This document shows, piece after piece, positions 1 to 11,900 of a stretch of 64,000 nucleotides of DNA. Below the pieces are notes generated by a model that was not told the DNA's origin, ran no database searches, and saw only the letters and a list, made by a program, of their open reading frames with translations. Source of the stretch: Anthoceros angustus (lineage: Eukaryota > Plantae > Anthocerotophyta); the NCBI GenBank assembly GCA_010909165.1, contig MU008162.1, forward strand, positions 1,922,001-1,986,000, written 5' to 3'. The translations under genes were made by a program, and so were the position numbers. Numbering within the stretch: position 1 is the stretch's first letter; each line of letters begins with the position of its first letter.

Positions 1-60
1 GGGAACATCAAATGGCCGTCACAAAATGCCGAAAGAGTGATTAGACAAGCTGGAGCGAAA

Positions 61-1023
61 CTAGTCGAACAGGCTGAAGCCCATGTCGTCGTCCGACTCT
101 TCAGCGGGTTCCGCCTTTTCTTCCTCCTTGGCCGCTGCAGCAGCGGGTGCAGCAGCTGCTGGTGTCTCCACCGGAGCGGCGGCCACCACAAATTTGCTCG
201 GGTCCTTCAAGTACTCCTTCACCTTCACCGCCTGAGGGAATGAGTAGCCTGTCTCAATGGCAATAGCCAACACGTTCTTGTAACTGTTGACGAAGAAGTG
301 TGGTGCTGCCGCCAGTGTCGGGTAGTTCAGACCCAGAGAAAGTGCTGCCACTGTCGATATTCCGGCAGTGAGCTTGCTCATCAAGTCATCTTCTGTCAGA
401 TCCAAGACTGCAGGATCGAACACCGACCCATTATCGTAGATGCTCTGAACCACGAGCCCGTATGAGAAAGGACGGATTCCCAATTTAGCCAACAAAGCAG
501 CCTCAGAGGACCCGACCTTGTCACCCTTCTTGATAAGCTCCACCGGGGCTATGATTTCCACAGTTCCCTTGTTGATTTTCGTGGGAATGTTAAGCACCTG
601 AAAGAAAGAAGTCTGGGAGGGATCCAGCCCAGTGTTCCCCGGAGGAACCACCACATCAATGGGTGCCACGAGACCCACACGGGCAGGTGCTCCCACCTTG
701 TACTTGGCAACCTCCTCCCTCACCTCCTTCAGATCACCCTTGGTGAAGATCAGACCAACGTTACCCACCAGCAACGGTATCAAATTCAAGATAGCTTCAT
801 TGCCCGTCTTCTCAGAGTGGATACGAATGGTCCTCTTCATCATCGTGTTTTTTCCCATCAACACCACAGACTCGGGCCTCAACCCCTTCCTGATGGCCTG
901 CAACTGATTGGATCCAACATTGTCGGCGGCACAAATCAGGACCTGATTGAACTCCTCCAATAGGTCGCACATCTTCCTGTCATACGCCTGTTTCTTCTCC
1001 TGCTTGGTACCCTTGAAACCCAT
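61..1023 (-). CDS. RPLP0: 60S acidic ribosomal protein P0 (uL10), single coding exon
   Basis: 320-aa ORF with [37 protein letters not shown], an Ala-rich hinge and the P-protein C-terminus [13 protein letters not shown]. Confidence 0.98.
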   Translation of the reverse strand: MGFKGTKQEKKQAYDRKMCDLLEEFNQVLICAADNVGSNQLQAIRKGLRPESVVLMGKNTMMKRTIRIHSEKTGNEAILNLIPLLVGNVGLIFTKGDLKEVREEVAKYKVGAPARVGLVAPIDVVVPPGNTGLDPSQTSFFQVLNIPTKINKGTVEIIAPVELIKKGDKVGSSEAALLAKLGIRPFSYGLVVQSIYDNGSVFDPAVLDLTEDDLMSKLTAGISTVAALSLGLNYPTLAAAPHFFVNSYKNVLAIAIETGYSFPQAVKVKEYLKDPSKFVVAAAPVETPAAAAPAAAAAKEEEKAEPAEESDDDMGFSLFD

Positions 1024-1526
1024 TGCTCCTGTAATGGAAGGTACTGAAAGTTAGCGTCATTGAGATTGTCGCGAAGAGAAACATAATTCTATCGTAATAG
1101 AATGACTGACACCGGTAAGTCCTCCTAACATGGGAACCGAAGGCTAAGAAGTACCTTCAAGAGTTCCCCTGTTTGCCAAATGGGTCTGCAGCGTGGCCTA
1201 GCTACAAAGCAAGCTAAAGATACTCGGAAGACATGGACTTCGGATGCTGAGCGAGAAATCAAAACAGTACCACACCTGGTTCGAAGGATCCCGAAAAACT
1301 CCGGCAAACAAACGCTCCGCTTCACCGACAAAGGATACAAGGATGATTTCCTCGAGCTACGAACTGCAAGAAACTGGGGGCCAAGTCGAGCCTGGTCGGA
1401 CAAGGCGGGCAGAGTGACTGCCACTTTAACCCCGATATACGAGATGCGCCGACAAGTGAAGAGCGCAAAGCCACAGCAAAGGAAGGACCTAACTCTTGGC
1501 TCCCTCGCCTATTTCAACAGCCAATA

Positions 1527-1562
1527 TTTAGGGTTTTGGCGTTTGTGTCCTTGAACCCTAAA
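1527..1562. promoter_or_regulatory. Telo-boxes in the bidirectional RPLP0/RPF1 intergenic region
   Basis: TTTAGGGTTT at 1527-1536 (reverse AAACCCTAAA) and AACCCTAAA at 1554-1562. Telo-boxes are typical of plant translation-machinery promoters. Confidence 0.6.
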
Positions 1563-1715
1563 CCTCACCTAAGGAACCGCTGCTATCCATGGGGAGTATT
1601 TACGTATTGAGCACATCTTGCTCCTCTCGGTAGCATCCGCGTCAACTGATCCAGAACCAGGTGTTGGTATATCATAAGCTCAGGAACCCCTGTTCGTCCT
1701 TTTGGGCTTGGAGCC

Positions 1716-3661
1716 ATGGCCAAGGGAAAGCGCAAACGTGGGGATGACGACGACGACGACGATGATGGAGATGATCGCAGAGATAAGAAGGTTGTGCTGC
1801 CCTCGCAGATTAGGAACAAGGATCGGAGAGCTGCTGCTTATGCAAAGTTAAAGACCGCGAAGAAAAGGGATAAGCAAAAGGCTCAGCAGGCGCGCTTGGC
1901 TGCTGAGAAGGAGGCCGAGGAGCTTGGCGAAGCGGTAAGCTGCTGAACGGTGGGTTGGGGGTATAGCAGTTGTCGCTGCAAGGTTTTCTGATGGGTGATG
2001 GATTTTACAGCCTCCGTCAAGGCAAATTCCCCGGACCATTGAGAACACTAGGGAGCCAGATGAGACAATTGCGCTGCCAGATGATGAAGAGGTGGGTTGT
2101 AGGATTTAGGGGGCTGAGGGGGCTGCATTTTTGTTTGATTTGACTAGCTACCAAATGGAAGGCTGAAGGAGGGATTCTGCAGCTTCATGCAGATGACGCA
2201 ACTGATGAGTTCAGTGCCCATTTATCACGAGCTCGGGAGTCGAGATTACTTATCACAACTTCCAAGGAGTGCTCAAACGTGAGACTATGATATGCTGTTG
2301 CCCAGACGTTTTCATGGGTGACTGTTACTGTGTGTTCGTGGTGCTGGAAAGGCAGTTTGGCTCACATGTTCTTAGCTTCTAATGCAGCCCACTCGGAAGT
2401 TCATCTTGGAACTGTTAAAGGTCATTCCGCACGCGCATTACTACAAGCGCGGAAGCTATGAATTGAAGCAGGTGAACTTTTTCGTCGAGTTTCACCCCTC
2501 CTTTCATAATATCACGCTTCTTACAGGCCTATGGTGGTTGGGTGACATGTCCCAGATTGTGAAGTATGCAAAGAACCGAGATTTTTCTGGCATCATGGTC
2601 ATCAACGAGAATCGCAAAGAGCCCAGTATGTCTCCAGACCTTGGGAAAACATCCTCTGGGTAATATAGGCTCAGGTGGAACTCATCGGTGTGTTTTTGTT
2701 TTCAACAGATGGTATGCTTCTTATAAATTTGCCGGATGGCCCTACTGCCCACTTTGTAATCTCCAACCTTGTGCTCAGCAAGAAAATAAAGGTAAGCCGC
2801 AGCCTCACCTGGTGGAGGGTTGGCATTTTGCTACATTTGGCGTATGGAGTTGAGTTGGTAACTTTTTATTGAACTGTAAAATGCAGGGCCATGGGCGAGC
2901 AACTAGTCATATACCTGAACTTATTCTAAACAATTTTACAACCCGCCTAGGGCATCGAATTGGCAGGTGTGGGTTTCATTTCTTTATAGCTCTCTTGGAA
3001 TTGCATGACAAATGAATTGGTGGGTCTACGAGTATATGACGATCTTCTTTGGCAGTGCAGGCTTTTTGCTTCTGTATTCCCCCAAAACCCCAATTTCAAG
3101 GGTCGACGGGTTGTAACTTTTCACAATCAACGTGATTTTATTTTCTTCCGGCATCACAGGTACACGCGAGGCTCATTGTCACTGTCTGGCTCTTTACATC
3201 TAAAAGTTCGGTCACGCACTTACAAGTGGTGTTTCAGATATATTTTTGAAACCAAAGAGGTAAAGGAGCCTCTCACGAAGAAGAGCAAAGTTGAAGGGGC
3301 TGTGAAGAAGAGAAAGACTAAAGAGACTGTCATATCTCGATTGCAGGTAAGCCTGGTAGTTTTGCGTCAGCCTGAGTGTGGCACAGAAAAATTCAAACAA
3401 CTAAAGAGGTGCTCGTGAGTCCTGCTTGAAGTAATGGAGTGGAATTGCAGGAGTTGGGTCCTCGTTTCACTCTGAAGCTTCAGAGCCTACAGCATGGGAC
3501 CTTTGACTCTAAGTACGGTGAATATGAGTGGCTTCACAAGGTAATCATGTCAACGCTGCCTGTGGGCACCTGGCGTTGCTTCTTTTTCAGCTACATCAAC
3601 TGATGGATCTCTCCTCTGGCAGCCTGACATGGACACGAGTCGACGGAGATTTTTCCTATGA
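1716..3661 (+). CDS. RPF1: Ribosome production factor 1 (Brix domain), multi-exon with short GT-AG introns
   Basis: Spliced exons give [99 protein letters not shown] and [12 protein letters not shown] (stop 3659-3661). Confidence 0.95.
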
Positions 3662-3995
3662 AAAACCCATCAGAAATCGTCCCCTGCTAGGAAGAAGACG
3701 AAGAAGTATAGTTTAGTCCACTTGTATTTTTGTGTGTCATGAGACCTGGTACTTAACAACTTGTACCATTGTACCGTGGTGTGCGTAAGCTACTTGCACC
3801 AAGGGCATCCACTCCTTTTAGGCACCCCTTTTAGGATCAATCTAAGCCCACATGTGTCCATCTGGCAAATGTGTCATTTGGACTGAGCCATCGGGTAGCT
3901 CGTCGTTCGGTGCGTCCACACAAATCACGAACAATTTTTTTGGAGAATGATCCTACAATTCAATTTTAGATGAACAATAGCTCATCAAAAAGTTA

Positions 3996-4232
3996 TTATC
4001 TTTGTAGAGTATCAAGTCTGATGTTCATGACCCTGGCCGATTGTTTTATGTTTGTTTTAAGCACTCGGTCGCACACTCTACATTCTGCGACCAGCCTTTC
4101 TACATCTCCATACATCCTTGCCCATAAGTGTGTGGGCCTGAGCATGCTGTAGGTGCGCTTAGCACCAAAATGCCCTAAGCCTTCATGCACCTGGGTGATG
4201 AGTCCTCGACCATCCCTAGGAGCGTCTCGCAC
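3996..4232 (-). mobile_element. Ty3/gypsy integrase zinc-binding (HHCC) fragment
   Basis: HEGLGHFGAKRTYSML...W..M..DV..LV..C.VC motif. Confidence 0.8.
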
Positions 4233-4471
4233 ACCCCGCCTCCGTTAATTGGACGTCTCCAACCAGCCACAGGCAGCGCAGGGATCTCAACCATGAATTA
4301 TTTGTTGTGAGGGGCACAAATCGCCCCTTTTGTACATCGGCTGGGGCGTCATAGCCCCCAGATTTTTCAGGTCCTAAAAACAGCTATCGTGAAGAGACAC
4401 GCCTACAATTCCGAGCGATCTTAGGTCCAGTGTGGCACCCTATCCAAATTCCATTCCTAGGATGCTATCAC

Positions 4472-4960
4472 CTATTTGCCTACTCTATCTGCGCGCCCTT
4501 CTCCGACTTGGCCGCTTGGCTGTCCTGCTTCTTGTGTTGTAGGAAGCAAAGGAGCCATCTGGCCAGACCCATCAGCTGTGCTGATACCAATTTTCGGGTC
4601 AACCAGCCATTGGGTTCCGACCACGCCTGTCTTGACCAGGCTACTGGCCGGCATGTTCCTCTTCCGAGAGGGTTCAATCACCAACCCACCCGCTTCCTCC
4701 TTGCTGCGCTCATACACTTTCTTGATCAATTCGATATCCCAATCCTGAGGCTTCGCTCTAATTCCCTCGCCTGGTTGCTTGTCCTTCAGCTGGCGAGCGC
4801 ACTCCTGCACCAGTCCTAGGCTCACATAATTCCACCGCTTCTCCATGAAGCCAAGCCCCAGCTCCTTCACCAATTCCCTAGCTCGGACCTTCCAATGGTC
4901 CATATTATTCCATGCCACATTCGCAGCGGCCTTGGCGCCATGCTCTTGCCGTAACCTCAC
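4472..4960 (-). mobile_element. Retrotransposon-associated accessory ORF remnant
   Basis: 162-aa ORF between gypsy fragments with no recognisable host homology. Assigned by context only. Confidence 0.35.
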
Positions 4961-7099
4961 TACCCTTGGCGCTCGAATTGGCGACGCCCCTCGAATTTCC
5001 TAGCAGGCGGCCTCCTGTGGTTCCTACCTCCTCAACAAACGCCGCCGCGTGGCGCCCGCCTCCCTCTGGCGAGCCGCGACCTCGTGAGGATTTGAAGCCG
5101 CCTCCGTGGTGCGCCTCGCCTCCTTTCGATCGGTGCTCCTCCAACAGCACTCCTCGGCGCCACAACACTCCCGGCCTTGCTCCTCCTGCTCCAGTGCTGC
5201 CGCCCCACTCTTCGACGCTGCTCCAGCCGCCATTGCGCTCCACCGTTTGAATGAGTTTCTGTTTCCCCCCCGGGTTCTCTTAGGGTTAAATTCCCCTGAC
5301 TTCCCCTACCGGGATAAAGATAAATTATCCTGTAAGCTACGTTTACCTAGGTTATAATTAGTAATATGAAAGGGTATTATGAAACATCATAATTAAGTAG
5401 TATATAAGACATCTTTTTTGTATTGAGAACATAACATAAACATTTTTCTCTTGTGATAATAAGTTCCTATCTCGTGAGTTTCCTCTCTCGAAACTTATCA
5501 GGCTGGATGCTAACTGGCTTGTGCCATGGCAGCAACTCAATGACATGATCTACAGGGCGTTAGGGAGGGAGTTTTGTTGGGTCTGCAAATACACGAACTC
5601 CTAAAGAATGACTTCATGGAAGGTGGGAGCGATCCTCATGAGCCTTGGCCTCAACGGCCCTTTCTTCCGTTCCTTCAGGCATGATTCTTTTAGCTTTGCC
5701 CGGATACAAGAATTTGCAAGCGGTTGCTTTTATTGAAAGTGGACCTGCAACCAAGCTTTATTAAGAGTATATTGCTCACTCTGCATGATGTATGTCTTGT
5801 TCCCTTTCGTGAGGTTGAGTCGTTGGACAGCCAATAACGTGATAATCTTGGAAGGGGTTAATATACAAACCCCTTCCGACAACCGAAACCCCTTCACAAA
5901 AAGACACCGTTTGAAATGCAAAATCGTCGAATCCTCGTCATGACACCATGCTAATTGGACGCCTCCAACCAGCCACAGCCACAGGATCTCAACCATGAAT
6001 TATTTGTTGTGAGGGGCACAAATCGCCTTTGTACATCGGTCAGCGCCATAGCCTCGCATTTTAGCCCAAATTAGCGATTCAGGCAGGTGGCACCCTATCC
6101 AAATTCCATTCCTAGGATGCTATCACCCATTTGCCTACTCTATCTGCGCCCTTCTCCGACTTGGCTTATCGTCCCGCTTGTGTTGTAGGAAGCAAAGGAG
6201 CCATCTGCTGCACTCCATCACCGTGTCGATACTAATTTTCGGGTCAACCAGCCATTGGGTTCCCGACCACGCCTGCCTTGACTGTGGCTACTGGCCGTGC
6301 TCCTCTTCCGAGAGGGTTCAATCACCAACCCACCCGCTTCCTCCTGCGCACACTTTCTTGATCAATTCTGATATCCCAATCCCGAGGCTTCGCTCTAATT
6401 CCCTCGCCTCGGTTGCTTGTCCTTCACCGGCGAGCGACTCGCACCAAATTTAGGCTCACATAATTCCACCGCCTCCATGAAGCCAAGCCCCAGCTCCTTC
6501 ACCACCCCTAGCTCGGACCTTCCAATGGTCCATATTCGCCATCAAGGCCACAATTTCAGCGGCGGCCTTGGGCGCCATGCTCTTGCCGTAACCTCACTAC
6601 CCTTGGCGCCTCGAATTGGCGACGTCCCGCCTCGAATTTCCTAGCAGGCGGCCTCCTGTGGTTCCTACCTCCTCAACAACGCCGCCAAGAGCGCCCCATG
6701 TCATGAGCCCGCGCTACCGCTAGTGAGGATTTGAAGCTGCCTCCCTCCGTGGGTGCGCCTCGCCTCCTTTCGATCGGTGCTCCTCCAACAGCCAGCCTCG
6801 ACGCTTGCTCCACCAGCCTCGACGCTTGCTCCAGCCGACGCCCCACTCTTCGACGCCGCTACCGCCATTGCGCCCACCGTTTGAATGAGTTTCGCTTTCC
6901 GGTTCTCTTAGGTTAAATTCTCGACTTCTACCGGATAAAGATAAATTATCCTGCTACGTTTACCTAGGTTATAATTAGTAATATGAAAGGGTATTATGAA
7001 ACATCATAATTAAGTAGTATATAAGACATCTTTTTTGTATTGAGAACATAACATAAACATTTTTCTCTTGTGATAATAAGTTCCTATCTCGTGAGTTTC

Positions 7100-7460
7100 C
7101 TCTCTCGAAACTTATCAGGCTGGATGCTAACTGGCTTGTGCCATGGCAGCAACTCAATGACATGATCTACAGGGCGTTAGGGAGGGAGTTTTGTTGGGTC
7201 TGCAAATACACTGCCGAACTCCTACAGCAATGACTTCATGGAAGGTGGGAGCAGATCCTCATGAGCCTTGGCCTCAACGGCCCTTTCTTCCCGGGTTCCT
7301 TCCAGGGCATGATTCTTTTTAGCTTTGCCAGATACAAGAATTTGCCGAAGCAGTTGCTTTATTGAAAGTGGACACTGCAACCAACTGTTTATTAAGAGTA
7401 TATTGCTCACTCTGCATGATGTATGTCTTGTTCCCTTTCGTGAGGTTGAGTACGTTGGAC
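7100..7460 (-). mobile_element. Ty3/gypsy protease-RT linker and RT start (duplicate at ~5480-5830)
   Basis: Minus strand reads LL*EFGSVFADPTKLPP*RPVDHVIELLPWHKPVSIQP, typical of the gypsy RT N-terminus, preceded by NVLNLTKGNKTYIMQ. Confidence 0.75.
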
Positions 7461-7989
7461 AGCCAATAACGTGATAATCTTGGAAGGGGGTTAATATACA
7501 AACCCCCTTCCGCACAACCGAAACCCCCTTCACAAAAAAGACACCGTTTGGGAAATGCGAAATACGTCGAATCCTCCGTCAACAGCACCATGCTAAATAC
7601 GAAAGGGGAAAAAAACATTGATATTTCACAATTCATAAAACAAAGAGGCATCTACTGGCTGGCCGCCGCCTGAGTATCCTTGCCCACGGCTATGCTTTGA
7701 CACAAGTAATGAAAGAAAATCCGATATCACGCTTTCAAAACCCCTTTCCCTCGAATATAGTCTTTCCTCTACAAAGATCCTCAAAGTGACTGATCCGAGA
7801 CTCATCGCGCTTGGTGGCTTCAATCTAAAACAACGCCAGTGCGCATGCTCCAATTCTACTACAAGCTGCCTCTGCCAGGCCTTCGCTTCATCATCTTCTT
7901 GTCGCCTGGTCCTTGCCACCACTCCTGCCGCACAGATCTGTGGTTTGTTGTCCTTCCTCTAGCAAGTCCCTGCTTATGCTTTCATCCTC

Positions 7990-10900
7990 CTTGCACTAAG
8001 TGGAACCACCGAGCTTTCAAACAATTTTTTCGCTAATACAAACTTCTTTAGCCTGACAGGCCGCCTCTCCGGGCCTCGAATGTGAGCTCCTTCCAGGCAA
8101 AACCTCAAAACCATGTATGCGTGGGATATAACCAGCACAATGGATGTTGTCCCACCTCTAATCCAGAGAATGTTTTGATGAATTTCATCATCAACCCGAG
8201 AGGTCTTTGGTAGGCACACCACCATTTTGTCTTGAGACATGTACACCGCTTCTTCACCATGATCATGTGCAATCACGGATCGTCCATTGTTAAAAGTCCC
8301 TCAATATTGGGCGCCATAGCCGCTCTTGCCGCCCTTCACACACCAAGCTATGTACTCCACGTCTCAAATCCACCTGTTACTCATGTTTGTTTTGTCCCAA
8401 ACGAAGGACACCATTCCACCCTTGCCACATAATCCACGCATGCACTCTCTCACAAGGTGAGCTTCTTCCACTCACATGACAATGAGCCCGAATTCTTCCG
8501 CCGTCTTCTCCTCGAAGCTTTGGAAACTGTGTTCATCATGCCCGATCCAACCGACTATCCATAGGACCAATGTCAAAGCCTCTTGGGACATCCATAACCA
8601 AGGGTATAAGCCCGTCAAGGAATCCCGCATCTCCATAATGTTTCTTTTTCCACTTGATAGTAACACTCTTTCTCGCACAACAAATGAATGTGCGTCCGTC
8701 TTTCAAATCCTTGTCCGATTGCACCGCTCATCCTCAAGACTCTTCCAATTGTTAATCTCAAATATGAAGTTCTTGAAATCCTCAGCTTTTGCAAATTCTC
8801 CACATCCTTTATTTGTCAACGCCGTGGAAAGAAAAACGAGCAGGGACACCACATTCCTATTGTATTCAAACAAGCGACGATGACGGGAGGGTGTGAAAGC
8901 GACGCCACCGCCGCCCTTCACACCTCCATCGACAAATTTGGTTTGGAGTGCACATGCCAGCGCCGGCGCCGGCGCCCGCCGGCCAGAGGTAGAGCAGGAC
9001 GGCCGACATGGGCGCCGGCGCCGTGACATGTGCCTCAAGATCAAGGGGGAGGCACCCGCCCCCCACTATCGTGCCATTCTCTCAGACAGATGTGGCGCGG
9101 CCACGCCTCGCGAAACAAAAACCAAAGCGACTCATTGTCAGTGGTGACGGATCTCACCTTCCCAGCAAAAGCCGTTTGAAATCGAGCAATCATGTCGTCC
9201 GTTGAGTGTAGAGGATATTCCTTCCTCACTTCCTCGAAAGATGAGCACTCCAGATGTTTAGCCATGGCCACTTGAATAACATGCGTCTTTCTTGAAGTAA
9301 TTTCGTCCTCCATTCCTTTGAGATCGAGGATGCCACAAGATCTTCCCCTTGCCGTGACAAGAATCTGCCCACATTCACTGGTATACCTCGGAATGATTTC
9401 CGTGGTTTCATGAGCATGTCTTCGGCTTGAAATACACTTCCACGTGTTTGGGATCATCCGTGACTTTCCTTTTCCCTTCCCTTTCTTGCGCAGGTATGTG
9501 CTTCTTCCGCCTGTAACTCGCCGCTTCCCACTTTGAAAAGATCTTATCAATATTATCCCATACCTTGCCCTCCCGCCGAGATGCAGATGTGTGTCCCGTT
9601 GTCCACTTTGTTCGCTTGTACACGCCATCTCCTTCATCATCTTCAATTAATCCAAGAACCTTATAAAGATTGAACTTCCATGACATGGTCATCACTCCAT
9701 CCCGACGCCGCAATAAGAAGCTCATCTCGTAAATATCTTACTTCAATAAAAGACATTTTCTTCCGCTTGTCGACATTGTGTTATGGTCTTGCAAGAACTC
9801 TCATCTCACCGTAAGCCCACAGATACATGCGCTTCAACATATTGAAAGCAGGACTTCCAGCAATATCGCCAAGTGCTTCATAGCAAGATATGTGTGGTTC
9901 CCCAAGTACACCCATAATATATTTCTTGGCAATCGCCATCCAACTTGCTAATATCGTTGCACTCCCGGGTCAATCATGCATGAATGGCGAACCCTTCTTC
10001 AATCCTTCCTTGAAATAACTCGGGCTAGGTAGTTTGACCATGCCTCGTCCACCCTCCCGATTTGGGCATCGGTGTAATAAAAGATCGGCTTCAAATTCTC
10101 AAGCTTTACCAAGATCGCCTCCGAACAACTTTCTTGCATAGGCGAGTCCCCGATTATTGTCAATGGGTCCGATTCGGATAGCATCTTCAAGTCTTTCCTC
10201 ATCTCGCACATGGACGCTACTATCCCTGGTGGGCTTCACTCACGCTTTCCTTCCTGGATTTCTTCTTTCTCTTCTGGAGCCTCGGTGTGAGCGATCGGTC
10301 AAGGCGTGCCCACCATGCCTTGCTCTCCCACTCGAGTCCCTGTCTCCATACTCTCGGATCGGCGGACACAGGAGGTGCCTCAGAACGCACCGCCCACCGC
10401 CGACCCACCGTCTCTTCCGCAACAAGTGGCGTCAGATGGGCCGGCCGCCGGCGCCAACCCTTCGTGCCTTGGGAACCCGAAACCGCTTGGGGTCCGTGTA
10501 ACCGAGTCTCAAGACTTACTCGGAGGGCGCCGCCGGCGCGCCCTCCTCCTCGGCATACTAATCGGGTACCTCCATGGAGGAGCCGGAAAAGGAATGTCCA
10601 AGAACGGAGCATCCTTCCATCCTCTCGCCTCCGAAAGTCGCCATCGCCGAGTGGGACGCCGGTATACACCCATCCTCCTCATCGGATGGGCCGAGCTCAC
10701 TAGCCGCTGCGCGCGGCCCATCATGCACATTCGTCGCCGGGCTCGACTGTCGACATTTCCTCCTATCTTTGGATGACGGATTCGGTAATCTTCCGCATAT
10801 GGTCGTAATTAGTGCTCTAGCTTCGAGCATCCAAAACAGAAAAGGATTGAGGAAAGGCAAGATAGGCACAAGTCATGGAAACCAACATACCACGATTTGC

Positions 10901-11900
10901 ATCAAGCTTGAAAACCTTATTCCAAAGTTTTACTTAGCTATCGACGATAGCATTTCAAATCCTCCACCAGTTTGAAGGATCACTTCTTGCTTTGGAAGCC
11001 ATGTGGTGACCTCATAAGCCTTGTACATGGTTTCATCTTCGCTTATCCGATCAAATACCAAAGGCTTTGTTGTGCAGATAAAACATTCTCGCCCATCCAT
11101 ATCCACGCCCATAGAACCCAGCCCTTGCTCTGGTTTGGCAAGGCCCCTTGAACCCTACGACCCAGGTTTCAATAGAGGAGTCCAAAATTGTTCTCCTCAA
11201 GGCTCCTCATCTGTGTCAACATCTAGTCCTTCTTGAGCAGAACATTGGCCTCCACCTTGCTCCCCAACCGCCGTATGGCAAGAGTATCCTCATAGTTAAA
11301 TGGCGTTGGAATAGGCGGCACCGATTGCCTGTGGGGTCTCTTCCTCGGTCTCCTCCTGCAGCCTTCTCCTTCTAGCCGGCCTTCCCGGATGTTAGGCCGA
11401 TTTCCCATGCCCAATTGACAAATTACCTCGTGGCGGTGCTTGATGGCCTGGTTGTATCTCGCGCCTCCACCGGAGGTAGGCCGCGCCTTCTCCAACATCC
11501 ACACACCCGCCGCATCCTTCTTCTTGCCGGGCCGGGATTTCTTGGTTTTGGGCATCGGGTCGATGTTCGCCTCGTTCTCCACGCCTTCCTACTTGCCTTC
11601 CGCTTGCCATCCTCAAGAGATTAGATACAATCGCCATAGGAAGTAGCAATTCAAAGAAGGAATCGCACAACTTGAAGGAAATTTGCGAGCAAGGGGAGGG
11701 CCATACCAAGACTATGTGAATCGCGAAGAGGAAATGGCGGAGGATCGCGTAGCGGAGAAGTCGCGTCGGGAGACGCCAAAAGTCCTTCGCACGAGAGTTG
11801 ATCTCGAGGCGGCCGCCACCGTCCGTCTGGCTCGAAGAACTTGCCTCTCTCGTGGTTACTCCACTTGAATCGAAAGTATGACGCCCGCTCGGTCACGCCA
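7990..11900 (-). pseudogene. Degenerate large accessory gene with a C-terminal N4C/N6A DNA methyltransferase-like domain (~8010-8620)
   Basis: Across frameshifts and stops: LVMDVPRG...W...GLIVM*VEEAHLV...FVWDKTN...VEYIAWCVKG...AYQRPLGLMMKFIKTFS...DNIHCAG...CLEGAHIRGPE...FVLAKK. This is the beta-class amino-MTase motif order. Confidence 0.55.

Larger units (their letters stand above)
4245..7595. repeat. Staggered tandem duplication (~4245-5953 and ~5954-7595); the second copy is indel-riddled
   Basis: Same sequence order repeated. Differences are mostly 1-5 nt indels, and the block at 5340-5580 is repeated nearly verbatim at 6955-7200. Confidence 0.85.

Noticed and set aside
1180-1554. 124-aa ORF or snoRNA upstream of RPLP0
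   Set aside because: Lies in the RPLP0 5' UTR/intron/promoter region, with no convincing C/D or H/ACA architecture or protein motif.
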